A stretch of DNA of 64,000 nucleotides from Octopus bimaculoides (lineage: Eukaryota): positions 4,574,837-4,638,836 of the forward strand of contig NC_069006.1 of NCBI RefSeq assembly GCF_001194135.2, given 5' to 3'. Both the position numbers and the translations under genes were made by a program. The notes beneath the pieces are model-generated. The model saw only the letters and a program-made list of their open reading frames with translations, was not told the origin of the DNA and did no database searches. Shown here in pieces: positions 39,430 through 52,171 of the stretch; the first letter of the stretch is position 1; every line of letters begins with the position of its first letter.

Positions 39430-39611
39430 ATAGTATTCGCATTCTGAAGCGATTTACTTAAACCGGTAAATTGAAATGATCGTAAATGCTACCCTCGTCT
39501 CTGCTTCTTCCTTCTTTGTTATCTAATTAAATTAAAGACATACCAGCGAAAACCACTAGTTTCCCATTGTTATTATATCCATTTTCTTCTCATATTTATA
39601 TATATAATGTG

Positions 39612-41790
39612 CACTATGTTTCTTTTTATTATGCAGGTCAATCATTCCTCAATAAAATCAAAACCCCTTCTCCGATTAAAAAAAAAAATTTTACGAGATA
39701 TGTAGGATTATGTATCCCATGTCTTATGAACTGTTCGCCTAAATTGGTGAACGTTTAAAGCAGAAATGATGCAAAAACACGTTTATAGGGTGTTTCTTTT
39801 TATTATGTAAGTTAACAAATATTATATAAACTATATGTAATGTGATTTACATTTCAGACCGTTAATATATACATGTCTTCCAATTATATTTACAAACAAT
39901 CATGTATATATTTTACATCTTTATATAGCCTCTTTTACGATCTATAACTTTAAATATTCTCTTATCGACTGATTTTGTCAATTTCTCAACAATCTCACTT
40001 TTAATATTACTTACAGCAGTTTTTATTGCTTCCCATAGTGAATCCTTGTTTGGATATTGTTTACCATTAGAATATACATCTTTTTTTAATAATTGACCAC
40101 CAATTCTCTATTGGGTTTAGATCTGGAAATTGTGGAGCGGGATGTGTGCATTCCATTATCTTATGTTCTTTAAAACCTTTCTAAGCTAAATGGTTAATAG
40201 TGAGTGTGGCAGAGTGTGAAGGCGTATTATCATGCATAAATATGCTCTTTAACTTGAAACTTCCTGATGTTGACTTGTACCAATGGAAGAAGTTGTCATC
40301 TAGAAATTTGCAATAATTTTCAGCTTTTATTTCCACTNNNNNNNNNNNNNNNNNNNNNNNNNNNNNNNNNNNNNNNNNNNNNNNNNNNNNNNNNNNNNNN
40401 NNNNNNGTGAAATTAACGTGCAAGTGGCTGAGCACTCCACAGACATGTGTACCCTTAACATAGTTCTCGGGGATATTCAGCGTGACACAGTGTGACAAGG
40501 CTGGTCCCTTTGAAATACAGGCACAACAGAAACAGGAAGAAAAAGTGAGAGAAAGTTGTGGTGAAAGAGTACAGCAGGGTTCGCCACCATTGTCTGCCGG
40601 AGCCTCGTGGAGCTTTAGTTGTTTTCGCTCAATAAACACTCACAACGCCCGGTCTGGGAATCGAAACCGCAATCCTACGACCGCGAGTCCGCTGCCCTAA
40701 CCACTGAGCCATTGCGCCTCCACAAATGGCTCCTCCAACTATACCAGCCCGAAACATCATTCCTCCACCTGTCTTCTTAATCGTGTTAGTTGACTTTTTC
40801 CATGTAACACCCAGCCTCTTGCCCATCCACCAGGTCCATCTAATGTTGCTCTGCAGTCGTCAGTAAAAATTGCATTTGTAAAGTCTGTCTTCAAATATCT
40901 TTATTGACCACGTCACCCTTTCTTCTTTGTGTAATTTATTTAAAGGAAGCAATTTTGTGAAATTAATGACTTCACCTCTTTCTTTTAGGATCGTGCAACG
41001 CTTTCTTCCTTTGTATGTTAGAGATTCCTGATTCTTCAAAGACTTGGTTAACCCACTTCCGGTCTGGCTTCACCTCTGTTTGCCTCACCCCTCACCACAT
41101 AGCTCGTCACAGCCCAAACACCACATAATGCTTTCCAGTTTTCTCTTATCTCCATTTGTGATGTTCCTGAAACCTGTTTTCTTCCTTATTCTAACTCCCT
41201 CAATATTTTGTACCTGTTTTTGTTTTTTTTATTCTTGTTCTGTTGTGTCTGGGGAGAGTCATTTTCTTATTGTGCCTTGAAATTTAACACACTCACCGTT
41301 AAAATTTCCACTTATTTCTTATTTTTATTTTCCTAAAATTTTCAGTGCGTCTTGAAACCCTATCAATAGTCTTTGACTGTCCGTTATTTACGCTGTGTTC
41401 TGTTTTTGCTTTTGTTTCTTGTTCTGTTATCTCTATTTAGCTTTTTAGAAATTACAATTGTTGTATCCTCTTCTCCCAATAGTTTCACTATGTATTCCTT
41501 CTCCTTTGATGTTATTTCTTTACTTCGAGCCATTTCTATATTTCTTGTATCTGAAACTAAGAAAAAAAAACCTTTCAAAATCACATATCTGCATAGGGGA
41601 AAGCAGTATCTTGTTAACTTGCATAATAACAAGAAACACCCCATAAACATATTTTTCTTCATTAGACGAAAAGTACAGTAGACTTGGGATACATAATCCT
41701 ACATATCCTGTAAAAAATTTGAAGAAAATCAGACGAGGGGTTTTGATTTTATTGAGAAATGATTGACCTGCATAATAAAAGGAAACTGTG
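39612..41790 (-). mobile_element. Decayed Tc1-like transposon with ~0.2-kb TIRs
   Basis: Long TIRs share ttttattatgcaggtcaatcatt.ctcaataaaatcaaaacccc; minus-strand transposase relic MARSKEITSKEKEYIVKLL (ATG 41533), AIFTDDCRATLDGPGGWARGW, GGGMMFRAGIVG, IFMHDNTPSHSA, PDLNPIENWW. Confidence 0.88.
40407..40721 (-). mobile_element. tRNA-Arg-like SINE inserted in the Tc1 transposase
   Basis: Head gactcgcggtc (TCG anticodon-like loop); splits AGIVGG from VEIKAENY. Confidence 0.85.
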
Positions 41791-42130
41791 TGTATATATA
41801 TACAAGAAAACTTTTCCCTCACCCTACCCCAATAAACCAATCTACATCTCTTCTCTTCCTCACATTTCCTCCTTCATAACACCATGTCTAGCTCTCATTC
41901 CCCAATCCTGTCCTTACGGCCCTGTTTCTTTGTATCATTGCTATCCGGTAGCCCCCACCCACTCTATACATCCAGGTTTTCACCACTCACTTCCTCTCCC
42001 CACTCTCTAATCACACTTCTTTCGCGATATCCTGCTGTTTATATTATGACCTTTGAACCTCAAAGGTGTGGCCCTGGCACTTGCCACCATCTGCATCTCT
42101 CTCTACCTTTATTTAACTCGACCGTCCCAC

Positions 42131-42767
42131 GGATCTATTTTAAAACGGGGGCGCCAGTTTTCATTTATGTTTTATGTAGTGTTTTTGGTACGGAAAGACT
42201 TTCAAACTTCGTATACTTATCTATTTTGTGTTATAGAACAGAAAAATATTTTTGTATTCGAATTTATTTCATGTAAAAAATTGTCTTATTTCGATAATTT
42301 CTACTAATCACTGACGTCTATTCAGTTGAAAACAGGTAGCGCTGTAACGGTGTATATCGTATTAATCCACTAACCCTAACCCTAAAACTAAAACTAAAAC
42401 TAACCCTAACTCTAGAATCCGAACTCTAAAATTGTTACACACATAGATACGCACAGCGTAATTTATTATATAAACAATATATGCGTATAAATTACGATTA
42501 AACCGGATGAAATATGTCACAGGGAATAACATTTTTATGACCGCCCAGCAGTAAGTCTATTGAGCTGAATAGACGTCAGTGATTGGTTGAAATTACAGAA
42601 ATACGACAACTTTAACATGGAATAACTTGCGAATTCCTTTTTTTTGTTAAGAAGACTAAGAGTAAAAGATGTTTTATATGACACATTCTACCAGTGTCCC
42701 AAGTTTCAAAGTGTTTCGTTAGTGTTTCGTTAAGAAAATACTGGCGCCCCCGTTTTAAAATAGATCC
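42131..42767. mobile_element. Merlin-like MITE, copy 2
   Basis: 27-bp TIRs GGATCTATTTTAAAACGGGGGCGCCAG; 8-bp TSD CGTCCCAC at 42123-42130 and 42768-42775; internal TAACCC repeats. Confidence 0.85.
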
Positions 42768-43825
42768 CGTCCCACTTATATTCTGATCCCATCCCATTCT
42801 TTTATTCTGATCTCCGTCCCTTGTGAGTATGTCAGGCACTTTGCCACCCTCACTATCTCACTGTCTCCCACTCTCTCTCTCTCTCTCTCTCCTTCTCCTG
42901 CTCTTCTCTCAGGTCGGGTAACCATCTATCTCATTTGCCACAGCACACCTCTTTCTGTCTTCATTCCTGATATTTCACTCTCTCCCCTCTCTCTCTCCCC
43001 CAATCTCTCTTTGGTCGGGTAACCTTGTACCTCCTCCACAGCAAGACACCTGTTTCTGTCTCTCTGTCTCACTATAACCTTTCATTGTCTGTCTCAAGAT
43101 CACATCCTCCAATCCTCCCTCCCCTCTCAAAAGATTTTTGTCTTGCACGTTATTTAGTGACCCTATCAGTGCAGGTGCCACTTAAAAAACATCTAGTCCA
43201 CACTGTAAAATGGTTGACGTTTGGAAGGGCATCCAGCTGTAAAAACCTTGCAAAAACTGACCTGGCATGTGCCACGTAAGATGTCCACTCTGCAGGAGGG
43301 GTATCAAGCTGAAAAGACCTGCCAAAACAGTCACAGAAGTTTGGTGCAGGCTTCTGCCTGGCCGGCTCCTGTTAAACCATCCCACCCATGCCAACATGGA
43401 AGGTGGATGTTAAACGATGGTGATGATGATGATGATGATGCTGATGATAATGGTGATGATGACGCTGACGATGATGTATATATGATGAGCTCCTCTCAGT
43501 TTTGTTTACCAAATCCATTCACAAGGCTTTGTTGAGCCTGAGGCTATAGTAGAAGGCACAGGCCCAAGGTGCCTCACAGTGCAACTGAACCCGGAACCAT
43601 GTGGTTGGGAAGCAAGCTTCTTACCAAGTTTTCTGAAGACTGCAATTCAAGAGTGTAGATAGCCTTGAGATTGAGTTGCGTGTTTCATTGGAAATACCCC
43701 ATCTTTCCATCCTTCCAGGACCTACATATATATACATATAGTATATATATATGAATTTGAACTAAACTGTTTTGATCTGTACATGTAACCCCCATGTGCC
43801 TTTCTTTCGTTTGTCCACTCACTCA

Positions 43826-43859
<34 letters not shown>

Positions 43860-44101
43860 NNNNNNNNNNNNNNNNNNNNNNNNNNNNNNNNNNNNNNNNN
43901 NNNNNNNNNNNNNNNNNNNTATGTATTTATTTTCTCCTAGTAATAAATAACTCGGATAAAATAAATTAGTTAATAGATACCAGAGTAGCAAAGATCACAA
44001 AATAACTGTGGTGTAACTCCTGTTTATGAGGTAGAAACTCCTTGATATTTTGGGTATTTGAGTATGCAGTTATAATATGCGTTTACTCCATTCGTTAAAT
44101 T

Positions 44102-44138
<37 letters not shown>

Positions 44139-44258
44139 TTATTTAGAATTTATATATATATATATAGTTGGAATTTACAAAAAAAAAAAAAAAGACGAAG
44201 ACAGGTGTATAAACAACAAACAGATGTATTAGTTTAACGCTCAAGAAGGTGAGAAAGT

Positions 44259-44294
44259 CTTTTACGTTTCGAGCCTACGCTCTTCAACAGAAAG
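44259..44294 (-). ncRNA. Variant minimal type I hammerhead-like motif
   Basis: CTTT-CTGTTGA-A-GAGC GTAG GCTC-GAA-ACGT-A-AAAG: stems I and II pair, palindromic stem III, GUA site; A6U change and an extra A after A9. Confidence 0.5.
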
Positions 44295-44682
44295 GAACAT
44301 GAGAAAATAAACAGAGAGAAGATGTATATTTTAAATAATTGATAGGGAAAACAGAGCAAGCTTTATTTAGCATGATGATCTTACATCTGCACTGCTAGCT
44401 AGTGGGTGGGGAATGGTATAATAGAAGAAACCTCATTATGTTACATAATATATTACAGTATTATAACCTTTTTGCATTTCATTACGGTGTGTAGCTGGAT
44501 ATTGTTGGTATGATGTGTGTGTTTACAGTAGTTTACAAATCCATTAATCCAAAGTGCAGCACTGTGGATGATGCCTGGTAGCTGTATGTGGTGAATGTGC
44601 TGTGAAGGTTTCCTACTAGGAAATACCCAAAACAAGGTTTGGGTTCCACATTTTAAAGTCTCCTATCTAAACACTCTTATTT

Positions 44683-44721
<39 letters not shown>

Positions 44722-44724
<3 letters not shown>

Positions 44725-45265
44725 CGCAGGAATGGCTGTGTGGTAAGTAGCTTGCTTACCAACATGGTTCTGGGTTCATTCCCACTGCGTGACACCTTGG
44801 GCAAGTGTCTTCTACTATAGCCTCATGCCGACCAAAGCCTTGTGAGTGGACTTGGTAGACGGAAACTAAAAGAAGCCTGTCGTATATATGTGTTACCTTA
44901 ATCCCCTGAGATTGCAGATAATATTTCTGAATCTCTTTGATTCTTTAGATGTGCTGGCCTACNNNNNNNNNNNNNNNNNNNNNNNNNNNNNNNNNNNNNN
45001 NNNNNNNNNNNNNNNNNNNNNNNNNNNNNNNNNNNNNNNNNNNNNNNNNNNNNNNNNNNNNNNNNNNNNNNNNNNNNNNNNNNNNNNNNNNNNNNNNNNN
45101 NNNNNNNNNNNNNNNNNNNNNNNNNNNNNNNNNNNNNNNNNNNNNNNNNNNNNNNNNNNNNNNNNNNNNNNNNNNNCAAAGAGTAAGTCCTGGGGTAGAT
45201 TTGCTTGACTAAAGGCGGTGCTCCATCATGGCCACAGTCAAATGACTGAAACAAGTAAAAGAGTA
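44722..45265 (+). mobile_element. SINE family B (gap inside)
   Basis: Head and 3' part match 7808-8200. Confidence 0.8.
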
Positions 45266-45712
45266 TATGTATGTATATATATATATGTGAATATATTTTT
45301 TATTTTCATTTCATTTTATCTAGTTTCAGCTCATGAGCTGTGGCCATGCTGGGGCACATATATATATGTGTGTGTGTGTGTATGTATGTATGTATATGCA
45401 TGTATATATATATGTATGTGTGTGTGTGTGTGTGATCTTCTGAATATGTGTAGTTCTATGTATCTATTTATCTCTCTGTGTATTTATGCATATCAATATT
45501 TGTATATACACGGATGTTTACAAATGTTTATATATGTCAAACCTAATCATGTTTATCTGCCTCACTATCTCCATATCAGCTCACCTAGATATCTTGCACA
45601 GCCACTTTTGACCCCATGGATCTAGTCCTTGATAAAGATTTCAACGTTTAAATCATTCGAGCATTACATGTATTCTATATTCAGCATGTCTCGTTCTCAC
45701 CTTTTGACTGTT

Positions 45713-45746
<34 letters not shown>

Positions 45747-45870
45747 GCAGAGTAAACACATGAATGTGAAACATGGTGGTAAAATTAGTACTCAAATACC
45801 AGATGTAGAGTAATATGCTTCATTAAAAAGCAGCAAAAATATCACAAAAACTGTTACTCAGAGTTTCACA

Positions 45871-46170
45871 TGCATCTCATACCCAAATCTTCAGTGATAA
45901 TAGACTGCACTGAACCGTAACTAATTTGCACATCCTCTAATAACTCAGGGATAGTGATTTAACGATTTCTCATCACAGCTGCACGCACATCTGCGATGTT
46001 TCCTTCTGTTCTGCTGGTTGCTGGTCTCCCAGAAAGCTCATCAATATTGACATTTTTTTGGCCATCTTGGAAACGGGTGAACCATTCGTACACTTGTGTG
46101 TGGCTCATACACTCCTCTCCGTACACTTTCTATAACTTTGCGTAGGCCTCTGAGCATGTATTGCCACGAC
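45871..46170 (-). pseudogene. mariner transposase N-terminal (HTH) relic
   Basis: GNTCSEAYAKL*KVYGEECMSHTQVYEWFTRFQDG...SGRPATSRTEGNI...ITIPELLEDVQISYGSVQSIITEDLGMR; truncated by a Penelope-like terminal fragment at 45870. Confidence 0.85.
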
Positions 46171-46399
46171 AACTTTCCTTGCCAAGGTCAGTGTCACGAT
46201 CACACACTACACACCTTCCTTCCAAGCACTGCTGTAAGCAGCAGAAGTGAGCTGGAACATTAAAACTAAGTGCACATGCACAGCAGAGTTCAAGGTCAGT
46301 CTGTGCCAAGTGGCTTCACTCTGTGTGCTTTAGGTTCATTACTATAGCAACAGTCCAGATACTTATTGATCAGACCTCAAATATTTATATATGTATGTG

Positions 46400-46505
<106 letters not shown>

Positions 46506-46617
46506 TATATACCGGAGTAAGCACATAAAATGTGCAACAAGGGGGAAAAAAGAGTACTCAAATACCAGAGGTAGAGTAATATGCTTTATTTAAAAGCAGC
46601 AGAAATATAACAAAAGA

Positions 46618-46655
46618 CTGTTACTCTGAGTTTCACGTTCCCGTTCATCAGACAG
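46618..46655 (-). ncRNA. Minimal type I hammerhead ribozyme motif with canonical core
   Basis: CTGT-CTGATGA-ACG GGAA CGT-GAA-ACTC A GAGT-A-ACAG: full CUGAUGA/GAAA core, GNRA-capped stem II, GUA cleavage triplet. Confidence 0.72.
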
Positions 46656-47000
46656 TTTTGTTAGAAATGGGAAAGGAATTACAATACAATCATAAGTAAT
46701 ATAAAATTTAAAATTTGAAACACATAGATCTGTTTGAATGGTCGTTTCAAATAACGGTCATGGATGCGTAATGAACAAAACAAATGAATTTAATATAGAT
46801 TCATCCTATTTTTTTTTAAATCGAAGAAAACCTTAAATAGAAAAATGGGTTCAAGTTACATATAAATATATTTCTAAATCTCTCTGAGAGATTTAGAAAT
46901 GTATTATTTTTATTTTTGGAATCAGTGAATGTGTTTCACTAGAATTATCATATATTTATGAGAGCTTGACAGGCATCTTCAACTAGCAGGCCATTGGTAC

Positions 47001-47043
47001 TCCAGACTGATGACAAGCAAAGACTCAGAAACATGTCTCTGGA
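47001..47043 (+). ncRNA. Type I hammerhead-like motif with weak stem II
   Basis: TCCAGA-CTGATGA-caagcaaagactca-GAA-ACATGT-C-TCTGGA: 6-bp stem I, palindromic stem III, GUC site. Confidence 0.5.
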
Positions 47044-47255
47044 TGCAGGCTTAGCTGGGTGGAGGTGCTTGTCTCCCCCTTGTAAACATAAGGACACAGG
47101 AAATGTGTCAAGACCGACAGGAAGTGGTGCAGCTTCCTAGGGCTAGATAGCAGTAGTATTATTCCCTTCATGGGACTGTCACATTAAGTTGACAGCATAC
47201 AACTACTTTATATATGTATGTATGTATGTATGTGTATGTGTATGTATGTATGTGT

Positions 47256-47587
47256 GGAGGCGCATTGGCCCAGTGGTTAGGGCAGCGGACTCGAGGTCAT
47301 AGGATCGCGGTTTCGATTCCCAGACCGGGCGTTGTGAGTGTTTATTGAGCAAAAACACCTAAAGCTCCACGGGGCTCCAGCAGGGGATGGTGGCGAACCC
47401 TGCTGTACTCTTTCACCACAACTTTCTCTCACTCTTACTTCCTGTTTCTGTTGTGCCTGTAATTCAAAGGGTCAGCCTTGTCACGCTGTGTCACGCTGAA
47501 TATCCCCGAGAACTACGTTAAGGGTACACATGTCTGTGGAGTGCTCAGCCACTTGCACGTTAATTTCACGAGCAGGCTGTTCCATTG
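47256..47587 (+). mobile_element. tRNA-Arg-like SINE
   Basis: Head with boxes A/B; runs into a gap. Confidence 0.85.
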
Positions 47588-49079
47588 NNNNNNNNNNNNN
47601 NNNNNNNNNNNNNNNNNNNNNNNNNNNNNNNNNNNNNNNNNNNNNNNNNNNNNNNNNNNNNNNNNNNNNNNNNNNNNNNNNNNNNNNNNNNNNNNNNNNN
47701 NNNNNNNNNNNNNNNNNNNNNNNNNNNNNNNNNNNNNNNNNNNNNNNNNNNNNNNNNNNNNNNNNNNNNNNNNNNNNNNNNNNNNNNNNNNNNNNNNNNN
47801 NNNNNNNNNNNNNNNNNNNNNNNNNNNNNNNNNNNNNNNNNNNNNNNNNNNNNNNNNNNNNNNNNNNNNNNNNNNNNNNNNNNNNNNNNNNNNNNNNNNN
47901 NNNNNNNNNNNNNNNNNNNNNNNNNNNNNNNNNNNNNNNNNNNNNNNNNNNNNNNNNNNNNNNNNNNNNNNNNNNNNNNNNNNNNNNNNNNNNNNNNNNN
48001 NNNNNNNNNNNNNNNNNNNNNNNNNNNNNNNNNNNNNNNNNNNNNNNNNNNNNNNNNNNNNNNNNNNNNNNNNNNNNNNNNNNNNNNNNNNNNNNNNNNN
48101 NNNNNNNNNNNNNNNNNNNNNNNNNNNNNNNNNNNNNNNNNNNNNNNNNNNNNNNNNNNNNNNNNNNNNNNNNNNNNNNNNNNNNNNNNNNNNNNNNNNN
48201 NNNNNNNNNNNNNNNNNNNNNNNNNNNNNNNNNNNNNNNNNNNNNNNNNNNNNNNNNNNNNNNNNNNNNNNNNNNNNNNNNNNNNNNNNNNNNNNNNNNN
48301 NNNNNNNNNNNNNNNNNNNNNNNNNNNNNNNNNNNNNNNNNNNNNNNNNNNNNNNNNNNNNNNNNNNNNNNNNNNNATATATCATTTCATTTCAAGATTT
48401 CTTGCTAATAGAGAAAGAGCTAGTTTCTAACCTAGATCCAAGGTTCCTTCATTAGAATTTCAACATGAACAACAAAGTTTTTTGTTTGTATGTATGTATA
48501 TGTATGTATGTATGTATATGTGCAGATTTGTATGTTTTGCTTTATGTATGTATTCTCGTGCATATAGTTGCATATCTAAACATGCTCATATATATTTGAA
48601 TGATAAACTTCTGGAAAGCTTTACAGATTTTTACAGTTCCGGTGATGGCTTGAATCTGTAGTCTTCGAATTAGCTTTCTCCTTTCTGGTTTTGAGAAGCC
48701 TAATTTATCAACAAGATTGGTATTTAGGCAGTGAGTTACAATGTATGTATGTATGAACGTATGTGTTTATATGTATGTGTGTGTATGTGTTTGTGTTTGT
48801 CCCTACCAGCCGCTTGACAATTGGTGTTGGTTTGTTTACGTCCCTGTAACTTAGTAGTTTAGGAAAAGACACTGATAGAAGAAGTACAAGGCTTAAAAAA
48901 AAATAATAAGTACTCAAGGTCAGAAATTTATTGAACTGGAAACCCATTGCGGGCAGTGGCTAGGGCAGGGCTGTTGTCCAATAACTGGAAAAAGTAAAAG
49001 ATAAGGAAAAAGAAGAAAGAAAGAGAGAATGAGACAAATAAGAATAATAGTAATGATGATGATGATGATGATGATAGTA

Positions 49080-49113
<34 letters not shown>

Positions 49114-49121
49114 TAATAATA

Positions 49122-49436
49122 AGGTATGCTATAAGGAAGAAAAAAGTCGAGAGATATGACAGGTTAGCTTGGGAGGTTAAGCAGTTGTGGTTGATGAAAA
49201 AGGTGGTAGTAGTACCGATAATTGTTGAAGTAATAATTGGTGAGTAACAATTTTGAGAAGTACATGGAACAAATAGGGGCTGCAATAAGGGTGGAGCACT
49301 TGCAGAAAGCAGCACTGCTTGGAACTGCTTGAATACCCTGGAAGGTGCTCGAAAAATAAGGGGCGTTACCTTAGTTCTCTGGTAGGGAACAGCTGACACC
49401 GTAGTACATCTCCAGGGTTAGAAGCTGTGCAAAGGC
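49122..49436 (+). mobile_element. R4/Dong-like non-LTR retrotransposon 3' end
   Basis: KKKVERYDRLAWEVKQLWLMKKVVVVPIIV / NFEKYMEQIGAAIRVEHLQKAALLGTA*IPWKVLEK*; (TAA)n on both sides. Confidence 0.82.
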
Positions 49437-49464
49437 AATAATAATAATAATAATAATAATAATG

Positions 49465-49495
<31 letters not shown>

Positions 49496-50146
49496 TGATA
49501 ATGATAATGATAATGATTAATAATAATAAAATTGAAGATAGGAAACATTTAAAAAAAGAAATAAATATTTTATGACGCAGCGGCCTGTGGCCTGCCCAGA
49601 CATGTGAACTGAGAGAAGATAAGGAACAAAAGGCTGTAAAGAGGGGATGGATGTGGGGGTGGGGGATTAAATGATACAGTGAGGGGTGGGGTCCTTATAC
49701 TATGAGTAACTGATTTTTATAAAGGGATTTAATGGTAGGGGCAGGGCTTATTGCTTATCATCATTGGAAGGTTCTTTAATGTTCTAAAGATCAGCAGACC
49801 CAGAGCTACTCTCTCTCTCTCTCTCTCTCTCCTACCAAACATACACATAAATGCACTCACTGATACTCACACACACATACACACGCACACATACAAAAGT
49901 AGATATAAACTTATACATGGAGACATACATACACATAATTTTGCACACACACACACACAGACACACATATTCATGCTCACGCATAGATATGGATGAAAAC
50001 ATACACAGGCATGGCTGTGTGGTAAGTAGCTTTCCAACCACATGGTTCCGTGGCACCTTAGGCAAGTGTCTTCTACTATAGCCTCATGTTGACCAAAACC
50101 TTATGAGCGGATTTGGTAGACAGAAACTGAAAGAAGCCCATCATAT

Positions 50147-50180
<34 letters not shown>

Positions 50181-50679
50181 TAGTTTATATATATATTAAT
50201 ATTATCTCAGTTTAAAAAAAACTTTGACATCAGACTGGAGCCTGGTGTTGCCATCCGGTTTCACCAGTCCTCAGTCAAATCGTCCAACCCATGCTAGCAT
50301 GGAAAGCGGACGTTAAACGATGATGATGATGATGATGATGAATGTAAATATGTTAATAGTTACCATGGGTAGCAAAAATTACACAAAAAACCAGGATATC
50401 ACACCCGTTTTATAGGTAGAGATACCCAGTTGAAGTGATGCATTTTGAGTAGATATGAATAATAACAATAAATGGAGCAAAACGCATATAAATAAAAGTT
50501 CCTTTAATTCCTACATATGTTTCAAAATATATGTGTACTCTATTCCAAAGAAGTAAGAGCTGCTGGAATTCCTCATATATTCATCGTCACGGAACCAACA
50601 TATAAAAGCAAGACAAAGGAACTTTTATTTATATGCGTTTTGCTCCATTTATTGTTATTATTCATATATATATATATAT

Positions 50680-51355
50680 ACTCTTTTACTTGTTTCAGTC
50701 AAATGACTGTGGCCATGCTGGAGCACTGCCTTTNNNNNNNNNNNNNNNNNNNNNNNNNNNNNNNNNNNNNNNNNNNNNNNNNNNNNNNNNNNNNNNNNNN
50801 NNNNNNNNNNNNNNNNNNNNNNNNNNNNNNNNNNNNNNNNNNNNNNNNNNNNNNNNNNNNNNNNNNNNNNNNNNNNNNNNNNNNNNNNNNNNNNNNNNNN
50901 NNNNNNNNNNNNNNNNNNNNNNNNNNNNNNNNNNNNNNNNNNNNNNNNNNNNNNNNNNNNNNNNNNNNNNNNNNNNNNNNNNNNNNNNNNNNNNTGACTG
51001 TGGCCATGCTGGAGCACTGCCTTTAGTTGAACAAATCGACCCCAGGACTTATTCTTTGTAAGCCTAGTACTTATTCTATCGGTCACTTTTGCTGAACCAC
51101 TAAGTTACGGGGACATAAACCCACCAACATTAGTTGTCAAGCAATGGGGGGGGGGGGCAAACACAGATACACACACACACATATATATGTATATATACAT
51201 GACAGGCTTCTTTTAGTTTCCGTCTACCAAATCCACTCACAAGGCTTTGGTTGGCCTGAGGCTATAGTAGAAGGCACTTGCCCAATGTGCCTTACAGTGA
51301 AGTTGAACTCAGAACCCTGTGGTTGGGAAGCAAGCTTCTTACCACACAGCCACTC
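50680..51355 (-). mobile_element. SINE family B (gap inside)
   Basis: Reverse complement of the family B consensus. Confidence 0.8.
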
Positions 51356-52109
51356 CTATCTATACATATTTTTGCACACACACACACACACACACATGCT
51401 AATATTTAGACATATTCTTGCAGGTGCACACAGACACAGACACACACACAGACACACCCACATATACACATGAAAATATGTACACATTTATACATAGAGA
51501 CACTCACAGGCATAATTAAATAAAGACACAGACACACCCTTCGATACACATGCATATATTTACCGGGGGGGGGGGGGTGCTAGGGGTGCACTGCACACCC
51601 GTCGAAATGGCAAATTCATTATAAATATTAACCTTATTCATTAATTTAAACACAAGTCTTGATGGAAAACTTTTTGTTATACCCTTGCTTGTAATTTAGT
51701 GGCACTGTGTGTGACAGCACATCCAATATAGTGACCACCACATGCCACTGGCATTTACGCATATTTGCACATTCCATGCACACACCTATACACACTATAC
51801 ACACACATGCACATGCACAGACACAACCCCTACATATATATACATAATGGACTCTCCCGTCGTTAGACAACGTATGAGGCTTCGACAGTTTCTTACCGGA
51901 CAATCACACAGATGCTTTGTTTATAGTGATCAAAATGGTTGTGTAGACACAAGCTCACTCCCTCCATCAAATCGACATTACCTGTACAGGTGCAATGGAG
52001 TGCCACATATCAGATGCCGAAATGAAGTGCTTTGTTCAAGAACACAATGCAACACCCTCTCTGGGAATTGAACCCACGATCTCGCAGTCGTGACACCAAC
52101 ATTCTAACC

Positions 52110-52171
<62 letters not shown>

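Noticed and set aside
47256-47335. tRNA-like heads in six places
   Set aside because: They continue into a shared SINE body and lack a proper acceptor stem; not tRNA genes.
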